DNA of 64,000 nucleotides from positions 1-64,000 of the forward strand of contig CAVRUC010000011.1 of NCBI GenBank assembly GCA_963724295.1. Direction: 5' to 3'. Below are positions 61,016 through 64,000 of the stretch, in pieces. Source of the stretch: an uncultured Chloroflexia bacterium (GTDB lineage: Bacteria > Chloroflexota > Chloroflexia > Thermomicrobiales > UBA6265). Position 1 is the stretch's first letter. Each line of letters begins with the position of its first letter. Both the position numbers and the translations under genes were made by a program. A model generated the notes under the pieces. That model worked only from the letters and a program-made list of their open reading frames with translations. It did not search any database and had not been told where the DNA came from.

Positions 61016-61666
61016 ATGGCCTACCTGCGTGACAACCCGGACCGCGTGCTGGAGCTGACCAAGCAACACGTCCAGCTCGTCGCGGTCAGCATTCTGGTCG
61101 CTATGCTGATCGGCATTCCGCTCGGGATCCTGGTTACACGGCTGCGCTGGCTGGAGGGCCCGGTCATTGGCATCACCGGAGTGCTGTATACGCTTCCCAG
61201 CCTGGCGCTCTTTGCCATCTTGATCCCCTATACCGGACTTGGCCGCACGACCGTCATCGTCGCCCTCATCCTCTACTCATTACTCGCCATCGTCCGTAAC
61301 ACAGTCGCCGGGATCGATGACGTACCGCCCGCGACCATTGACGCCGCGCGCGGCATGGGGATGACCGGCACGCAGCGGCTCGTGATGGTGGAGTTGCCAT
61401 TGGCGCTCCCCGTCATCCTCGCCGGAGTGCGGTTGGCGACCGTCGCCGCGGTTGGGATCGCCACCGTCGGCGCACTGCTGGGGGCAGGCGGCCTGGGCCG
61501 TCTGATCTTCGACGGCATTCGGAGCATCAGCACCCCGCATGGGGTCGACCGCGTCGTCGCCGGCGCCCTGGTGGCTTCCGTTCTCGCGCTGACGGCCGAC
61601 TGGGGCCTGGCGCGGCTTGGGAACACTCTGCGGCGTGATGTTGGGCAGAGTGCCGGGAGGGGTTGA
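61016..61666 (+). CDS. Osmoprotectant ABC permease (in frame with the ATPase as assembled)
   Basis: GGGAGG RBS + ATG; TLPSLAL, DAARGMGM, VELPLALP, GAGGLG. Confidence 0.9.
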   Translation: MAYLRDNPDRVLELTKQHVQLVAVSILVAMLIGIPLGILVTRLRWLEGPVIGITGVLYTLPSLALFAILIPYTGLGRTTVIVALILYSLLAIVRNTVAGIDDVPPATIDAARGMGMTGTQRLVMVELPLALPVILAGVRLATVAAVGIATVGALLGAGGLGRLIFDGIRSISTPHGVDRVVAGALVASVLALTADWGLARLGNTLRRDVGQSAGRG

Positions 61667-61674
61667 GAAAGCCC

Positions 61675-62334
61675 ATGCTCGACGATCTGGGGCAGATGTT
61701 TGCTTACATCGATCAGCACCGGGACGACTTCCTGGAACTGCTCGTACAGCACATCCAGCTGACTCTCCTCTCGGTCGTGATCGCGGTGCTCATTGCGGTG
61801 CCCCTGGCGATCCTGGCGAGCCGCTTCCACTTGGTGGCCAAGCCGATGATCTGGTTGGCCGCGATCGGCCAGACGATACCGAGCCTGGCGATCCTCGCCC
61901 TGACGCTACCGTTCCTGGGCATCGGTTTTCGACCTGCACTCTTCGCGCTGACCATTCGGGCTATCTTGCCGATCTTTCTCAATACCTACGTCGGCATCCG
62001 CGGCGCCGACCGCGCGATCGTCGATGCCGCCCGCGGGATGGGTACCAATAATGCCCAGATGTTGCTTATGGTCGAGCTCCCGCTCGCCAGCCCCGTAATC
62101 TTTGCCGGTATCCAGACTGCTCTCGTCCAGAACATTGGCCTGGCGACGCTGGCGGCGTTCATTGGCGGCGGTGGGCTGGGTGATCTGATCTTGCAAGGGT
62201 TGGCGATGGTCGACACGCCGGTCCTGCTGGCCGGAGCGATTCCGGTCGCTCTGCTGGCGGTGATCGCGGAGATCAGCATGGGGCGCTTACGTCGGTTGGC
62301 GGTGCCCGATGGCTTGCAGATTGAACCTCAGTAG
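61675..62334 (+). CDS. Osmoprotectant ABC permease
   Basis: QTIPSLA, DAARGMG, VELPLA, IGGGGLG. Confidence 0.92.
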   Translation: MLDDLGQMFAYIDQHRDDFLELLVQHIQLTLLSVVIAVLIAVPLAILASRFHLVAKPMIWLAAIGQTIPSLAILALTLPFLGIGFRPALFALTIRAILPIFLNTYVGIRGADRAIVDAARGMGTNNAQMLLMVELPLASPVIFAGIQTALVQNIGLATLAAFIGGGGLGDLILQGLAMVDTPVLLAGAIPVALLAVIAEISMGRLRRLAVPDGLQIEPQ

Positions 62335-62440
62335 GGCCCGTTTGATGCGGCCAGAGGAGTTCAGGGTGGACGGAGGTGCGATGGGGAAAGTCGTAAACCA
62401 TTGCCGAGATGGTCGGCGCTCGTGATGTAGACAGTGGAGG

Positions 62441-63430
62441 ATGGCTTTCATGGATCGATTGAACGGCGAATTGCTCGCGCGCGGTCTACACCGACGCTCG
62501 TTGCTCTCCCTGGCCATTGCCGGGGGGGTGCTGTCCAGGATGGGCGTGCGGGTGGCAGCGGCGCAGGATAAGCCGACGGTCAAGATCGGCTCGAAGGACT
62601 TTACCGAGCAAGTCCTCATCAACGAGATGCTGGCCCAATTGCTCGAGGATGCGGGCTACCCGGTGGAGCGGCAGCTCAACCTGGGCGGGTCCGCGATCGT
62701 GCATCAGGCGCTGGTCAACGGCGATATCGACACGTACATCGAATACACGGGGACCGGCCTGCTGGCGATCCTCAAATTGACGCTCGATGACGCCAGTACC
62801 CCCACGGCCGGCGCGGCTGCCACGCCGATGGCGGGCGTGGATCCCGTCTACGACACCGTCAAGCGCGAGTACAAGGACCAGTTCAATCTGGTCTGGCTTG
62901 ATCCGCTGGGCTTCAACAACACCTACACCCTGGCCTTGACCCAGGAAAAGGCCCAGGAACTCGGCGTCACCAAGATCTCTGATCTGATCGGGAAGGCGAA
63001 CGACCTGACGTTCGGCGGCACACAGGAGTTCCTCACCCGGCCCGATGGCCTGCCGGGGCTGACCGCGGCCTACGAAGGTCTAGAGTTTGGCGACGAAAAG
63101 GGCTTCGATCCCGGGCTTGTCTACCAGGCGGTCGATTCCGGGGACGTGGACGTCATCTCCGCCTTCGCGACCGACGGGCGCATCCCGGCGCTGGGGCTCG
63201 TCACGCTCGAGGACGATCTCGGCTTCTTCCCGCCCTACTTTGCCGCGCCGGTAGTACGGCAGGAACTGCTGGACCAGGATCCGGCGGTCGCCGAGGTCAT
63301 CAACACGCTGGCGGGCAAGATCGATGACCAGACGATGGCCGGTCTCAACAGCCAGATCGACGTGGAGGGGATGGAGCCGGAGGACGTGGCCCGCGCCTTC
63401 CTTCAGGAGCAGGGCCTGATCGCCCAGTAG
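62441..63430 (+). CDS. Glycine betaine/OpuAC-OsmF type ABC substrate-binding protein with Tat-like signal
   Basis: HRRSLL; IGSKDFTEQ, EYTGT, GFNNTY, RPDG, TDGRI, FFPPY. Confidence 0.93.
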   Translation: MAFMDRLNGELLARGLHRRSLLSLAIAGGVLSRMGVRVAAAQDKPTVKIGSKDFTEQVLINEMLAQLLEDAGYPVERQLNLGGSAIVHQALVNGDIDTYIEYTGTGLLAILKLTLDDASTPTAGAAATPMAGVDPVYDTVKREYKDQFNLVWLDPLGFNNTYTLALTQEKAQELGVTKISDLIGKANDLTFGGTQEFLTRPDGLPGLTAAYEGLEFGDEKGFDPGLVYQAVDSGDVDVISAFATDGRIPALGLVTLEDDLGFFPPYFAAPVVRQELLDQDPAVAEVINTLAGKIDDQTMAGLNSQIDVEGMEPEDVARAFLQEQGLIAQ

Positions 63431-63571
63431 CGCAACGGGATTCAGCGATGTGGAGCACGTTCTCACTCTGACCGCTGCTGGCGATTATCGGCCGACCGGC
63501 GGACATGGCGAGAGCGTTCTCCGTCCACATTCAGGCGTTTCCTGCGTGGAGGCGAGCAAAGATAGGACGAC

Positions 63572-64000
63572 ATGCGACAAGCGTACGATGTGATCGTCAT
63601 TGGCTGCGGCGGGCTCGGCAGCGCCGCGGCCTACTGGTTGGCGCGGCGGGCGGGGGCCGGGGTCCTCGCCCTCGAGCAGTTCCGGCTCGGGCACGATCGC
63701 GGCAGCTCGCAGGACCATTCCCGGATCATCCGCCGCTCATACCACGATCCGCACTACGTCGCTCTCGCCGCGCCCGCCTACGAGCTCTGGCATCAGCTCG
63801 AGGCCGAGTCAGGCGTTCAGATGGTCGTCAAGACCGGCGGTTTGGACCTGGAGCTGACCGGGACGACAGGCATAAAGGACCTGAGTCATTGCGCTGCGGC
63901 GATGACGGAGCAGGGCATCGCTCATGAGGAGCTGAGCGGGCGGGAAATCATGGAGCGGTGGCCCCAGTTCCACCTCCCGGATGAGGCGCGCGGGTTGTAT
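63572..64000 (+). CDS. solA: Second SolA/sarcosine oxidase-like flavoprotein (runs off window end)
   Basis: Hand translation MRQAYDVIVIGCGGLGSAAAYWLARR..LEQFRLGHDRGSSQDHSRIIR. Confidence 0.88.
   Translation, partial: MRQAYDVIVIGCGGLGSAAAYWLARRAGAGVLALEQFRLGHDRGSSQDHSRIIRRSYHDPHYVALAAPAYELWHQLEAESGVQMVVKTGGLDLELTGTTGIKDLSHCAAAMTEQGIAHEELSGREIMERWPQFHLPDEARGLY

Overview
High-GC bacterial chromosomal segment, most likely Thermomicrobiales/Chloroflexota. This is inferred from ETGH-repeat L,D-transpeptidase, AQDATP/AQEGTP secreted proteins, PxWL motifs and F420-dependent enzymes. About 60 genes are present, and about ten carry single-base frameshifts typical of an unpolished long-read assembly. 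No rRNA, tRNA or CRISPR array was recognised. 1-15 kb: envelope and housekeeping genes separated by composite 7-8-nt tandem/palindromic repeats, plus three tandem small Gly/Ala/Ser/Asn-rich paralogues sharing a C-terminal AIxDASGGxxN motif. The third paralogue sits behind a ~335-nt densely base-paired leader and has its own promoter and terminator; this is the best candidate for an undescribed fibre/amyloid-like system. 15-38 kb: accessory genes, IS1182-like remnants, an OmpR/HK module with two identically built 4x11-bp operator promoters, NB-ARC/LuxR regulators and an ECF sigma pair. 38-64 kb: an SH3b-M23 enzyme and a probable catabolic region for N-methylated amino acids/osmolytes (two SolA-like oxidases, a HyuA-HyuB fusion, an atypical M24 hydrolase, a GATase, an RpiR regulator and an Opu-type ABC importer). 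That region is interrupted by two cassettes bounded by duplicated gene ends, one carrying an AbiE toxin-antitoxin pair and an ssb remnant. All calls come from reading the sequence; no database searches were run.
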